Shown: in pieces, positions 18,169 through 27,528 of the stretch
Numbering within the stretch: position 1 is the stretch's first letter
Layout of the letters: every line of letters begins with the position of its first letter
Virus record (IMG/VR): IMGVR_UViG_3300012952_000020
Location: 1 to 64,000 of that record
DNA: 64,000 nucleotides
Strand: one strand, 5' to 3'
Origin: a virus
Notes under the pieces: model-generated
Database searches by the model: none
What the model was told of the DNA's origin: nothing
The model's input: the letters and a program-made list of their open reading frames with translations, nothing else
Position numbers and translations under genes: made by a program

Positions 18169-18230
18169 CTCCCCTGTCTCATCAGTACAGGTAGGGGAAA
18201 CTTCCTGTAGACCCCGTTAGGGGTTTCGAC
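18169..18230 (-). ncRNA. Hammerhead ribozyme, type II with pseudoknot (HHR-3)
   Basis: guc GAAA CCCC UAAC GGGG UC/ UACAGG..UUCCCCU..CCUGUA CUGAUGA gac AGGGGAG; 7-bp loop I/tail pairing; cut after 18210 (GUC). Confidence 0.92.
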
Positions 18231-19258
18231 TATTTCTTGCTCGCCTTGCGCCTGATGTACTTGGCGTTCGCAGCCACTCGCTGCGACCTCGACTTCTTCT
18301 CGACCTTGACCGTTTCCTTCGCCACTCGAATCTTGGCTCCTGCGCCCTTCTCGATTGCGAAAGCGTGTGCCTTCGCCTCGGCATCGGCTCCGGTGAACCT
18401 CCACCACTTCCGACCGCCCTTGACCTTCACCTCGTACCCGACGACCTTCTCGTACGTCTCCGTCGCTGGTCTGCGCTTGGGCAACGCCGACTGCCCCTTG
18501 GCATCTGCGTACCTTGCCCGCTTCCCACTGTGCCAGCACTTCTTGGGACCGACTCGCTTCTTGTGAGCCTCGACATCCTCGGGGGCGAAGAACTCTGCCG
18601 TTGCCACCAACCCTGTCGTCTTCTTGCTCCAGTCCCACACGGCTGGGAGGACTGCCAACTTCCTTCCCCACTTGTCGGTACGCCACTTGGGTTCGTTGAT
18701 GTTGTACTTGGGTACGTCTGCGGCTTCAATAACTGGGATGCGTACGAACACGATGGCGGGTGACTCGCAGGCGACCACGACCTCCAGAATGTACTTGTCA
18801 GCACCGGGCATCCGACTGATTCGGTGGGCGAAGTCCTTTCGGAAGTAGTCCTTGACCACGACCCACCGGCTACCGAGAAGGCACTTGTTTCCGCTCACCG
18901 TATCGGCAACCTTCTCCGTGCGCTTCGCCCTCGCAGCCTTCTTCCGACGACGGGTTGCTGTGGCCCGCTTCGCTGCTGACCGTCGGACCTTCTTCATCAC
19001 GAACTTCTCAGCCTCGGTGTACACCTCGTCCTGCGTGTCGTGGTCTGCCTTGTTCACTGCGGCGACTGCTGCGGTGACCAACTGGTAGAATGTTTCCTCG
19101 TCCCTGTCGGGATTGCACTTGGGGTCGTTCTCGTTCGCCTTGTGGAACTTCGCACCCCACTTGGCGATCCACTTGTTGTGTCGCTCCGTGGGGGTCACGC
19201 CACGGGAGGTGGTCTGGTCAGTCCCCAAACCGGGCATTGAGTTTCCGAGGCCGATCAT
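18230..19258 (-). CDS. Lys/Arg-rich hypothetical protein
   Basis: 342 aa, GGAGG RBS. Confidence 0.75.
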   Translation of the reverse strand: MIGLGNSMPGLGTDQTTSRGVTPTERHNKWIAKWGAKFHKANENDPKCNPDRDEETFYQLVTAAVAAVNKADHDTQDEVYTEAEKFVMKKVRRSAAKRATATRRRKKAARAKRTEKVADTVSGNKCLLGSRWVVVKDYFRKDFAHRISRMPGADKYILEVVVACESPAIVFVRIPVIEAADVPKYNINEPKWRTDKWGRKLAVLPAVWDWSKKTTGLVATAEFFAPEDVEAHKKRVGPKKCWHSGKRARYADAKGQSALPKRRPATETYEKVVGYEVKVKGGRKWWRFTGADAEAKAHAFAIEKGAGAKIRVAKETVKVEKKSRSQRVAANAKYIRRKASKK

Positions 19259-19431
19259 GCTGCACCTCCACCGCCGACGATTGAATCGTACCCGGCGAGG
19301 TATCCGACGCTGTGGTCCTGTCGCTGCTTGCCAGCTTCGGCATCCTGTGCGCCCTTGGCGTAGTCCTCGTTCCAGTTTTCAACGAGTGGCGAACTCGGTG
19401 TCGGGAACTTGATTGTCAACTGCTGTGTCAT
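19255..19431 (-). CDS. 58-aa hypothetical protein, first gene of the early operon
   Basis: MTQQLTIKFP...YAKGAQDA...GYLAGY; AGGAGG RBS. Confidence 0.6.
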   Translation of the reverse strand: MTQQLTIKFPTPSSPLVENWNEDYAKGAQDAEAGKQRQDHSVGYLAGYDSIVGGGGAA

Positions 19432-19509
19432 TCGATCCTCCTGCCTTTCGGCTTTCTACGGTTTTCATAGAGACTGCGTCTTTATCTCTTTCTCAATCTC
19501 TATATATAT

Positions 19510-19538
19510 AATATAGCATGTTTACAGGGGTTTGTCAA
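19510..19538 (-). promoter_or_regulatory. Strong sigma70-type promoter of the early operon
   Basis: TTGACA-N17-TATATT with TG extension; A-rich upstream. Confidence 0.8.
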
Positions 19539-19591
19539 GCACTTTCTTTTACGCGATCACCCGAGCGTTTTCGCCGCGTCTGTGGGCTACT

Positions 19592-20056
19592 CTACGATTT
19601 TTGACCCGGAAGCTGGATCAAACCGTGCCGCATGTGAAACGCTGACTCTCCGGGGCCGGGAAACTCATCCGACACCCAAACTTCGACTCGTGGCTCTCCT
19701 CCAACCTCGGCGTAGACCTTGAGCGTGGCTCCCGCTACCACCTGTGAATCGTCCGTCCAACAATCCTTCATGGCGTCCAGCACGATCTTCCTGATGTTGT
19801 CCATGTCCGGTCGAACGGTGGCCCAAAGAAATCCTTTGTGGTCCTTCTTCCGATGGTACTTCTTCGGTCGGGGTAGGACCGCGAGAATGTCAACTCGTAC
19901 TGGACCCTCCAGCTTCTCCGTGATTGCCGCCCGAGCGAAGATACCAGCCTTGGTTTCCCACTGCTTCGTACGCTTGGGCGTGTACATCCCAAAGCGCCCT
20001 TGCCTCGGTCGTCCCTTTCCTATCGGAGCCAACTGGATTGTGAACTTCTCCCTCAC
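19592..20056 (-). CDS. rusA: RusA-like Holliday junction resolvase
   Basis: KGRPR, RPDMDNIRKIVLD, DDSQV. Confidence 0.9.
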   Translation of the reverse strand: MREKFTIQLAPIGKGRPRQGRFGMYTPKRTKQWETKAGIFARAAITEKLEGPVRVDILAVLPRPKKYHRKKDHKGFLWATVRPDMDNIRKIVLDAMKDCWTDDSQVVAGATLKVYAEVGGEPRVEVWVSDEFPGPGESAFHMRHGLIQLPGQKS

Positions 20057-20436
20057 TCCTTCCCCCAAAGGCTCGGCAGGTACTTGCGCCACTGGAACCA
20101 AGGTCGCTCATACAGGTACAGGGTTTGGGAGTCGTGGTTGTACGCTTCCACCTCAAACGGATTCATCCTGTATGCCTTCTTCCCGCTGCGGTGCGTCACC
20201 AACCCGATGAGGAAGAACAGCCCGTACAGAATCCACTGAAACACGAATAGCAACTCCAACTGCTGCCTGTAGTGGATCGTTTCGTGCCTCCGCGTCCGTT
20301 CGTTCATTTCGCCTCGACACCAAACAAAGAAGCCGATGCTGATTGCCCAAATCTCAATGGGTGCAACCTTGCTCAACCAAACTGGAACCTTGCTGTTCTC
20401 CACCATGATGGGTGACAGCCACTTCTTGCCTTCCAT
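20053..20436 (-). CDS. HExxH (zincin-like) hypothetical protein
   Basis: RRHETIHYRQ ... NPFEVEAY. Confidence 0.7.
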   Translation of the reverse strand: MEGKKWLSPIMVENSKVPVWLSKVAPIEIWAISIGFFVWCRGEMNERTRRHETIHYRQQLELLFVFQWILYGLFFLIGLVTHRSGKKAYRMNPFEVEAYNHDSQTLYLYERPWFQWRKYLPSLWGKE

Positions 20437-22013
20437 TACTCACCTTCTGGATCGGGGTGTGATACCGATACCGATGTTGCCTCAATGACCTTCGCCGTGT
20501 TTGTAAGCCTGACCTCTTGTGGAGCACCTGACTCACCGAACTGGTCGAGAGGACTGTTATCCTCTGTCTTCAACGACTCTGCTGGACTGGTCCCTCCTGC
20601 CCTACCGTAGCCGCCGAACATCTTGGCGATGATGCCTGAGCCTTTCGCCTCGATCTTGATTGTGTCCCTGTCGTCGGTCATAGCCTTTATCTGCCCGCAC
20701 AGCCCGACAAAGTTCTTCAACTCCTTGGACACCTCCGGGTCGAGAAGACCGCCTTTGACACGCTCCGTAGCCAACGCAAACTGTAGCCTGTCGAACGCCT
20801 GCGTCATTAGCTGACGGAGCATCGACCCGAGATCGCCTGTCGTGGGTTGACCCGCTGCGTCTACAGGAGTGAACGGGACCGTACACTCTGAACCTTGCTT
20901 GAAGAACGGACACTTATCTGCGATGTAGCACTGGTCACACCATCGACCAATCTTCGCCGTCTGATCCAACTCCCGCTTTTCGGGCATCGCCAAAGCCGTG
21001 ATCTGCGGTCCTTCATCCAACGCCTTCACTACAGGATCGTTACGGTGCTGCATGTCGATGACGGTTTGGTACTCACACCAGACCGCCGCGTTGTACCTAT
21101 TGACTGCGTACGGATCGTCAGACACCAACTCGTCGTGACTGATGTGGTACTTCTCGCACATGTCCTTGATCCATGGATTCGTCCTACGAATGTCCTTGTT
21201 CTTACTGTCAGCCGTTTTCAACTCGTTGCCTTTGAGGTGGTACGTCACTCCGTACTGCTGCCCCGCCAGCCAAGAGGTTGAATCCACAGAGTAGAACGAG
21301 AGGTTCCTAAAGACCTCCTTGTTCGTCATGGCGAATCCGTGAACCGGCTTCTGGTACTTGTTCGACATAGCCAGCAACGGCAGGTAGTCATCCCGAGGCC
21401 AACCACCAGCGAGTCCCAGATACTTCATGTTCGGGTTCTTACACCACTCTTCCCAAATGAGCATCCGAGCCGCTTGCCTCTGCGGTGCCGCGTCGTTCTG
21501 TGCATCCCAGCCTGACTCGCCTCCGAGAAGACCACGAGTAACCAGCGTGTTGTACTCGATGGACTTGTGATACACCGGGACCGGGTAGACCTCATCTGCC
21601 CACATGTCATCGCGCCATTTACGGACCTTGCCCATACCGACGCCTTTGACAGCACCAATATCCAGTTCAACGTACTCGTTGAAAAACTCCCCGTACTCCT
21701 TCAACCATGCGTGGTACTTCCGCATGTATTCTTCCGGGGCATCCGTCTTCTGCGTTGTGCCTTGTTTGTGCTTGAACAGCGACGTGCTCAACTGACCGTG
21801 AGCCGAGAAGAACGTGTGAGCGCCAGAGTCGAGCATACACCACGCATCGATCTCCTTCATCTTCTCCAGCAAGGCGTGAAGCGTCGCCTTCTTCATACGC
21901 TTCATGTAGAAATACGACATGAGGATCTGCAACGGCTTGTCCGTGTACTGCCCTACATGGCACAAGTCCTTGAAGTGACTCTGACTTTGCGCTCCTGCGA
22001 GTAGTACCCTCAT
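20436..22013 (-). CDS. TGT-fold guanine transglycosylase (DpdA-like) with C-terminal Cys4 domain
   Basis: MLDSGAHT, ELDI, PVYH, VHGFA, SVDSTSW; then CDQC-x5-C-x8-C. Confidence 0.75.
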   Translation of the reverse strand: MRVLLAGAQSQSHFKDLCHVGQYTDKPLQILMSYFYMKRMKKATLHALLEKMKEIDAWCMLDSGAHTFFSAHGQLSTSLFKHKQGTTQKTDAPEEYMRKYHAWLKEYGEFFNEYVELDIGAVKGVGMGKVRKWRDDMWADEVYPVPVYHKSIEYNTLVTRGLLGGESGWDAQNDAAPQRQAARMLIWEEWCKNPNMKYLGLAGGWPRDDYLPLLAMSNKYQKPVHGFAMTNKEVFRNLSFYSVDSTSWLAGQQYGVTYHLKGNELKTADSKNKDIRRTNPWIKDMCEKYHISHDELVSDDPYAVNRYNAAVWCEYQTVIDMQHRNDPVVKALDEGPQITALAMPEKRELDQTAKIGRWCDQCYIADKCPFFKQGSECTVPFTPVDAAGQPTTGDLGSMLRQLMTQAFDRLQFALATERVKGGLLDPEVSKELKNFVGLCGQIKAMTDDRDTIKIEAKGSGIIAKMFGGYGRAGGTSPAESLKTEDNSPLDQFGESGAPQEVRLTNTAKVIEATSVSVSHPDPEGE

Positions 22014-23194
22014 TTGCCAACCCTACCTGCGATGCGCGACTTATCCTGATCGGGGAGTTCCCCGTCCTTCCCTATCTTCCAATCCTTGACCGGAAGACCG
22101 CCACGACCATCCATCATATTTACCAACTTTGCCTTGTTTGTCAAGAACCGCTTTTCCACATCCTTGATGATGTACTGGGCGATTGCTTCTGCTACCCGAC
22201 CTTGGTTGCTTCCGAACAACAGGTCACATCGAGACAGCCTCTTTGACCTCATTGGATCGACCGATGGCTTCTCAGCCCACTCCAATGCTGCGTCCACAAC
22301 TATTCTGGCTTCCTCTGTTGCCGTGAACTGTAGGAACACGTCCCTCCAACGGTACGAGTCATCCTCGGTATCGAACGCCGTGGTCGTGGGCAAACCCTTC
22401 AACCCTGCGCCGTGTCGGTCCTTCCACCACTCCCAACTGTTGTACGCGATGACAGGTCTTCCCGTGGCGAGGAACATGAACAGGGCAGACCCGGTATCTC
22501 CTATGAGGACTGCCGCCTCATCGAAGTGATCCGTAACATCGTCCTCTCCGCTGGTACATTCCACGTTGTCGTACTTGTTGACCACATCGAAAGTCTCCGT
22601 GAGAGATCCTTTGTCCGTGTGCGGGTGCATAGCCACAACAATCTTGTAGCCCCGAGAACGATAGTAGCCTGCGTGGTTCTCGATGAACTCCCTCACCCAT
22701 CGAAGGTGGGAACAGAACCGCTGATTCCACGTCGGAGCCAACAGGATTGTCTTGCCAGTAGCCTTGCCTTGGCGAACCGAATCCATCTGGACGTACCCGA
22801 GCGGCACCTGTCTGGACGTGTCAATGCCACGAGCCTCTGCCTGTTGGACTGCGTACCAAGATGCCACAAACTCACTGACCACCTGCTTTGGTTTGACGTG
22901 GTACGTGTGGTTCTTGTTTGAGCCGACTCCGTGGTGGATGTGGTAGACTGGGAGGTTCGCTTCCTCGACCTCCCTACGAGCGGCGAAGGTCCAGTTTGCC
23001 GTGATAGCTACATCGCCTTCTCGGAAGTCCGGCACATCGTTACGCATCGCCTCGTAGTCCATCCAGTACGGTCGAATGTCCAAGTCAGGCTTCAACGCCA
23101 ACAGTGCGTCTGCCACCTTCTGACACAGCACCAGCGTAGACTTCCTGTAATACAGCATCCAGATGACTGGACCTCTTTCCTCTTTAGTTGCCAT
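22010..23194 (-). CDS. CDP-glycerol glycerophosphotransferase (TagF-like) family protein
   Basis: HIHHG, LGYVQMD, ILLAPTW, HPH, LIGDTGSALFMFLATGRPVI. Confidence 0.8.
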   Translation of the reverse strand: MATKEERGPVIWMLYYRKSTLVLCQKVADALLALKPDLDIRPYWMDYEAMRNDVPDFREGDVAITANWTFAARREVEEANLPVYHIHHGVGSNKNHTYHVKPKQVVSEFVASWYAVQQAEARGIDTSRQVPLGYVQMDSVRQGKATGKTILLAPTWNQRFCSHLRWVREFIENHAGYYRSRGYKIVVAMHPHTDKGSLTETFDVVNKYDNVECTSGEDDVTDHFDEAAVLIGDTGSALFMFLATGRPVIAYNSWEWWKDRHGAGLKGLPTTTAFDTEDDSYRWRDVFLQFTATEEARIVVDAALEWAEKPSVDPMRSKRLSRCDLLFGSNQGRVAEAIAQYIIKDVEKRFLTNKAKLVNMMDGRGGLPVKDWKIGKDGELPDQDKSRIAGRVGK

Positions 23195-24179
23195 TTGACT
23201 TCTCCTCAAAGCAATCCATTAGTTTCGACAGTACGCAGTCCATGTCGTACTGCTTTACTTTGTGCCAGCTATGTGGAGCGGTCAGGGCGTGCCTTACCTT
23301 CTCCCGAATGTCCGAGATCGAGAACGGGTCATACATCCCGTCCTCCAGATACTCGGTGTAGGGTGCCATGCGTGGTGCCACGGGGCTTGCTCCAGATGCG
23401 ATGCCCTCAATGACTGACAGGTTGAGCGTGTCCCAACCTCCCGCAGTCACAACTACCTTTGAGCGAGCCAACAGATCCTCGTAGGTGCTGCCTCGGCACT
23501 CCATCAACACTGCGTATCCTAACCGCTGTAGGTACACAGCCATCTTGACCTTCTGTGACTTGCCTCCCTCGGGACTATCCGCACTCTCACCTGTGGCGAA
23601 TACTACTCGGTCGGAGAACGGCTCCAACGCCTTTGCCAGCAACGGCAACTGCTTCTCATGGGCGAACCTGCCTGTGACCGCAATCAACGTCTTCGGGGCT
23701 GTGGCTACGTCGAACCTACTAAAGTCCATCGGGAACCCAATGATCTTTGCCTTGTCTGCTGCCTTGTCTCCGTAGTGCTTACGGATAGCCTGCTGGTGCG
23801 CCACGCTGTTGATCGTGACGAACTCCAAATCTCGATACAGTTGTGACTGGTCGGGGGTGCGAGCGCCCATCATCACGTCACAGAACTGACCTGTCTCTAC
23901 GCCTCCGTGCGAGTGCGTAGCCACCTTCTCTCCCATGCCCAGTAGCATGGGGATAGACCAATCGTCCGAACGGATGACGTACCACAGGTCAGCCTGCGGT
24001 GACGATTTCAGACTGTCTTGAACTGACTCCTTGGGAAGACCGAACACCTCAACCTGTGTGACTGTGTATCCTCGGTCCTCAAGTCCCGAGCAAACGGCCT
24101 TGGCGAAACCGCCAGACCAGTTTCCGGGTTGGGTCTGCGTGACGACGTTGATCCTATATCGCCCTTTCCTTGTTGCCAT
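23184..24179 (-). CDS. Glycosyltransferase (GT-B, GT4-like)
   Basis: GRFAHEKQ, DTLNLSVIEGIASGASPV. Confidence 0.8.
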   Translation of the reverse strand: MATRKGRYRINVVTQTQPGNWSGGFAKAVCSGLEDRGYTVTQVEVFGLPKESVQDSLKSSPQADLWYVIRSDDWSIPMLLGMGEKVATHSHGGVETGQFCDVMMGARTPDQSQLYRDLEFVTINSVAHQQAIRKHYGDKAADKAKIIGFPMDFSRFDVATAPKTLIAVTGRFAHEKQLPLLAKALEPFSDRVVFATGESADSPEGGKSQKVKMAVYLQRLGYAVLMECRGSTYEDLLARSKVVVTAGGWDTLNLSVIEGIASGASPVAPRMAPYTEYLEDGMYDPFSISDIREKVRHALTAPHSWHKVKQYDMDCVLSKLMDCFEEKSNGN

Positions 24180-24204
24180 GTCTTGCTCCTATGTCTGGTG
24201 TTTG

Positions 24205-24975
24205 TCACTTGTTTAGCTCCGCGAATAGTGCCTCAACCATTTTCACGTCTTCCGGGGTGTCGAACTCGATTACCGTTTTCTCCCCTATCTCTAACGCCTT
24301 GAAGGACATGTCGGACTCGTCAATCAGCTTGTCGAACAGATCCTCGTAATACAGTTTGGAAGCGTAGGGACCGTACGCCAAGTGGAACGCTACTGCTGCT
24401 GGTGGAGACAGAAAGTAGATGCCTACTGTTTCGCCTCGACACTCAGCGGGTTCCAATCCCTTGCCGATACGCAGGATCTTACCGTCCTGCTTGCCGCCCT
24501 CCACGCAGATTGCTTTGACTTCTTCCTCTGCGACTGTGCTTGGGTCCAGCAACGCTGTGGATACGCCGTGCTCTGCCATGTCCCTAATCACTTCGCTGAA
24601 CATTGGGTGGGCAATCACGAGGTCTGCGTTGGTGACATAGACTCCCTCAAAGCCGAGCATCGTCCTACCGCCAGAGTTTGGTACGAGATCGTTCATCCCG
24701 AGATCCAAAGACGCTGCGGTCTGCGTGGTTGCGTACTCCGGGTTCACCACGAAATCCCAAGTGACGTTTGCCCAAGTCATCATCACTTCGTTCGCAGCAT
24801 CCATCACCTTGTCACGCTTGTACCCGACTACAAATCGGACGTGATCAACGTGTGGGAGAAACGGCTCCAAAAGTCTGTCCAGCACAACACCGTAGTCATC
24901 GAACCGCATCAAGCACTTCGATGCCCCTCCGAGTCGTTTGGCTCTACCAGCCGCCAGCACAATAAGACCTTTCAT
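24205..24975 (-). CDS. Nucleotidyltransferase (LicC / phosphocholine cytidylyltransferase-like)
   Basis: VLAAGRAKRL..SKCL, VVGYK, VNPEY, NADL, YYED, EFDTPED. Confidence 0.85.
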   Translation of the reverse strand: MKGLIVLAAGRAKRLGGASKCLMRFDDYGVVLDRLLEPFLPHVDHVRFVVGYKRDKVMDAANEVMMTWANVTWDFVVNPEYATTQTAASLDLGMNDLVPNSGGRTMLGFEGVYVTNADLVIAHPMFSEVIRDMAEHGVSTALLDPSTVAEEEVKAICVEGGKQDGKILRIGKGLEPAECRGETVGIYFLSPPAAVAFHLAYGPYASKLYYEDLFDKLIDESDMSFKALEIGEKTVIEFDTPEDVKMVEALFAELNK

Positions 24976-25014
24976 ACCATCTCCTATATCAACTTGTCCT
25001 TGTTTGTCAAGAAC

Positions 25015-25560
25015 CTACAGCCTCTCCACCATGAATGATTCGACGGGTCGGTCTGCGAAGTCCATCCTACGCAGGAACTCTGCCTGCGAGTTGTGAGACA
25101 AGATTGCTCTACGCTTTGTCCTCCAGTCATCCTCGGTTGGTAGAAACGACACGTTACTCTGAACTCCTATACCGAAAGTGGCGAACACTCCGTCCCACTT
25201 CTTGTCCTTTAGGTACTGCTTCACTGCTTTGTGGACTTCCACATGCTCTGGGTGCAGATTCAACTCTCCGATATGACTGTGGGTCAGTACCATGTCCCAC
25301 TCCTCGATACGCTGCTTCTGCAACTGCTCCTTCAAGTCTACAAAATCATCCCAACCATCCAGCATGACTGGTCGAGCGTTGTAGTGCTTGCACGCAGCCT
25401 CGAACTCGGCTTCCCTCTCGGGACTACCGTACTCTCCCTCACGCTCCGGGGAGCAACAGATGAACGTCAACTCTACGCCGAGCCGTTTCAACATAGACAG
25501 GGTGGTCCCAGCCCAAAGGCACTCGTCATCCGGGTGCGCTGTGATCTGTACCAACCTCAT
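25015..25560 (-). CDS. PIG-L/LmbE-family deacetylase
   Basis: AHPDDE, REAE, LTH..HPEH, HNSQ. Confidence 0.88.
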   Translation of the reverse strand: MRLVQITAHPDDECLWAGTTLSMLKRLGVELTFICCSPEREGEYGSPEREAEFEAACKHYNARPVMLDGWDDFVDLKEQLQKQRIEEWDMVLTHSHIGELNLHPEHVEVHKAVKQYLKDKKWDGVFATFGIGVQSNVSFLPTEDDWRTKRRAILSHNSQAEFLRRMDFADRPVESFMVERL

Positions 25561-25865
25561 TTCGCCGCCTTGTTGATAGCCTTAGACAAAGCCCGAAGAT
25601 CCGATGCGGCTTCCTTGTTCATCGTTGTCGCCAGAACCACGCCCGACGATGTGACCAGTTGGTGCTCTGCCTTGCCTGTCTTCTTGACCGTCTTCCGTTC
25701 CTTTGCAGTCGCCTTTCCCACAGATCGGACTACAGTTTCAGCCGCCTGCTCTCGATGCCCTGCAAGCACCGCTGGGCTGCCTTCGTTGGGAACATGGGTC
25801 AGTCCCTTGTCCTTCGTTACTGTCAGCACCTTCTGGTACTTGGTCTTGTTATACAAAGCGGCCAT
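25557..25865 (-). CDS. Basic hypothetical protein
   Basis: 102 aa, AGGAGG RBS. Confidence 0.6.
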   Translation of the reverse strand: MAALYNKTKYQKVLTVTKDKGLTHVPNEGSPAVLAGHREQAAETVVRSVGKATAKERKTVKKTGKAEHQLVTSSGVVLATTMNKEAASDLRALSKAINKAAK

Positions 25866-26838
25866 TGTCGCCTCCTAAATCTGTCAAACCTTCCAAGTCA
25901 GCCTTGACCACATCGAATCCGGTGTGTGCCTTCTCCCAAGGACCGTGAACGTGGATCGGTTTGCACTCCATGATGAACTTGAAGGCACTATCTACTGTGT
26001 CGAACCTGTGGCTATACAAGTCACGGTACGACAGTCGGTTCGGCACGATGGGCATGGCTCCCAAGTAGCCTGCCTCCATAGCTGCGATACCGAATGTCTC
26101 CGATGGGGGCCAACAGACTACAAACTCTGCCCTGCCGAGAGCCTTGTAGTATTCGGACTTTGACGAGCAACGCTCCCAAGTCCTGTAAACGTGCTGACCT
26201 GATTCTTCCAGCTTGGCAATCAGCCTTTCACCCTCGGGGCTTACCTTGTCTGGTCCCGGTCGGTGAGGCCAAAGCACTCGAATCGACTTCTGGTCGCTCC
26301 GGTAGTATTCCAAGTCGTGCAGTGCAGCAGGAAACGGAACGACTCGAACCTTGAAGTCCGGTACGCCACGGTGCGTCATAAGCTGACGTTTGTGGTGCTC
26401 CGAGAAGACCAAGATCCTGTCGAGGCGACGAAGCCAGCCCCTCTCTACGTCTGCTGCCCAGTCGTTCATACCTGACCGATGCAACAGGTCGTGCCTTGAG
26501 TACGAGCCACAGTGCATGAAGCCTGCAACCTTCACATCAAGACCTCGTGCGTCGAGCATATAGAAGACCTGCTCTAACGGGAACCACAGGTCGTGGAAGA
26601 ACAAGCAGTCGTTCTCCTTGATTGCTCCCGCCTCGATCAACTCCGCGATCTTGATGACCTGCGAAGCCTTGTACTTGTGGGTGTTGAACACATCCAGAAA
26701 GTCTCCGGTGCCGATCTCTCCCGAAACCGAGTCACCGTAAATCCAGCGTGTCTGCTCTCCCCAAGTTGCAGCGAACCACCTGTTCCAATCTGCCGAGTAT
26801 CTACCTTCCAGTGGTTCTATCGGAACCGTCCATATCAT
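25849..26838 (-). CDS. Glycosyltransferase (GT-B)
   Basis: FFHDLWFP, WPHR..PDK, ETFGIAAMEA, PNRLSY. Confidence 0.8.
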   Translation of the reverse strand: MIWTVPIEPLEGRYSADWNRWFAATWGEQTRWIYGDSVSGEIGTGDFLDVFNTHKYKASQVIKIAELIEAGAIKENDCLFFHDLWFPLEQVFYMLDARGLDVKVAGFMHCGSYSRHDLLHRSGMNDWAADVERGWLRRLDRILVFSEHHKRQLMTHRGVPDFKVRVVPFPAALHDLEYYRSDQKSIRVLWPHRPGPDKVSPEGERLIAKLEESGQHVYRTWERCSSKSEYYKALGRAEFVVCWPPSETFGIAAMEAGYLGAMPIVPNRLSYRDLYSHRFDTVDSAFKFIMECKPIHVHGPWEKAHTGFDVVKADLEGLTDLGGDNGRFV

Positions 26839-26853
26839 CGCACCCTCCTTTGG

Positions 26854-27528
26854 TCACTGCGGCTTGACCGCAAACCAAGAGACAGTGCCTACGTGGTCTT
26901 CGTGGTGACCGCTGGGTTGGTCCGTGAAGAACAGTTCCCAACCAAACTTATCTGCGTACAGGTCAACTGCTTCCTTGACCCTGTTCCATGCTCCCCGGTA
27001 GTTCCAGCGAATGTCACTGTAGTCGTGACCTCCGATGATGCCTCCCGGCTGAACCTTTCTGTACCAACTGTGAATGTCCTGACGCACCGCCTCATAGGTG
27101 TGGTTCCCATCCAAGTAGACGAACGACAACGAATCATCGTCCACCCACAGCGAAGCCTGCTCCGAGGTCATACGCTTCATCAACACTTTGCCTGATAGGT
27201 ACTGCTCTACATTCTTCCGAGTAGCCTCCATGTTGGCACGGTGCTCTACGGTACTGCGGTTTCGACCAGCACGTTCACTGCGGTCTGTCGATGGACTCCA
27301 AGGTTGCTCCACGTACCTCGGTGGAAACTTCCACCACTCGCCATCGGCGGGTACTGGGTCAAAGTGTGTCCAAGGATCTACCAACCATAGTTCCTCTCCG
27401 TCCCACCGTTCTGCCAGTACCTTGCTGTACTCGCCACGATAAACGCCTACCTCGACTCCCTTGCCAACAAGCCCCAGCGAGTTCAACAAGTGCGGTAGGT
27501 CATCCCTGCTATCCAATCGGTGACTCAT
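26854..27528 (-). CDS. Class I SAM methyltransferase (Methyltransf_24-like)
   Basis: GVEVGVYRG, VDPW, YLDGNHTYE, GGIIGGHDY. Confidence 0.88.
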   Translation of the reverse strand: MSHRLDSRDDLPHLLNSLGLVGKGVEVGVYRGEYSKVLAERWDGEELWLVDPWTHFDPVPADGEWWKFPPRYVEQPWSPSTDRSERAGRNRSTVEHRANMEATRKNVEQYLSGKVLMKRMTSEQASLWVDDDSLSFVYLDGNHTYEAVRQDIHSWYRKVQPGGIIGGHDYSDIRWNYRGAWNRVKEAVDLYADKFGWELFFTDQPSGHHEDHVGTVSWFAVKPQ

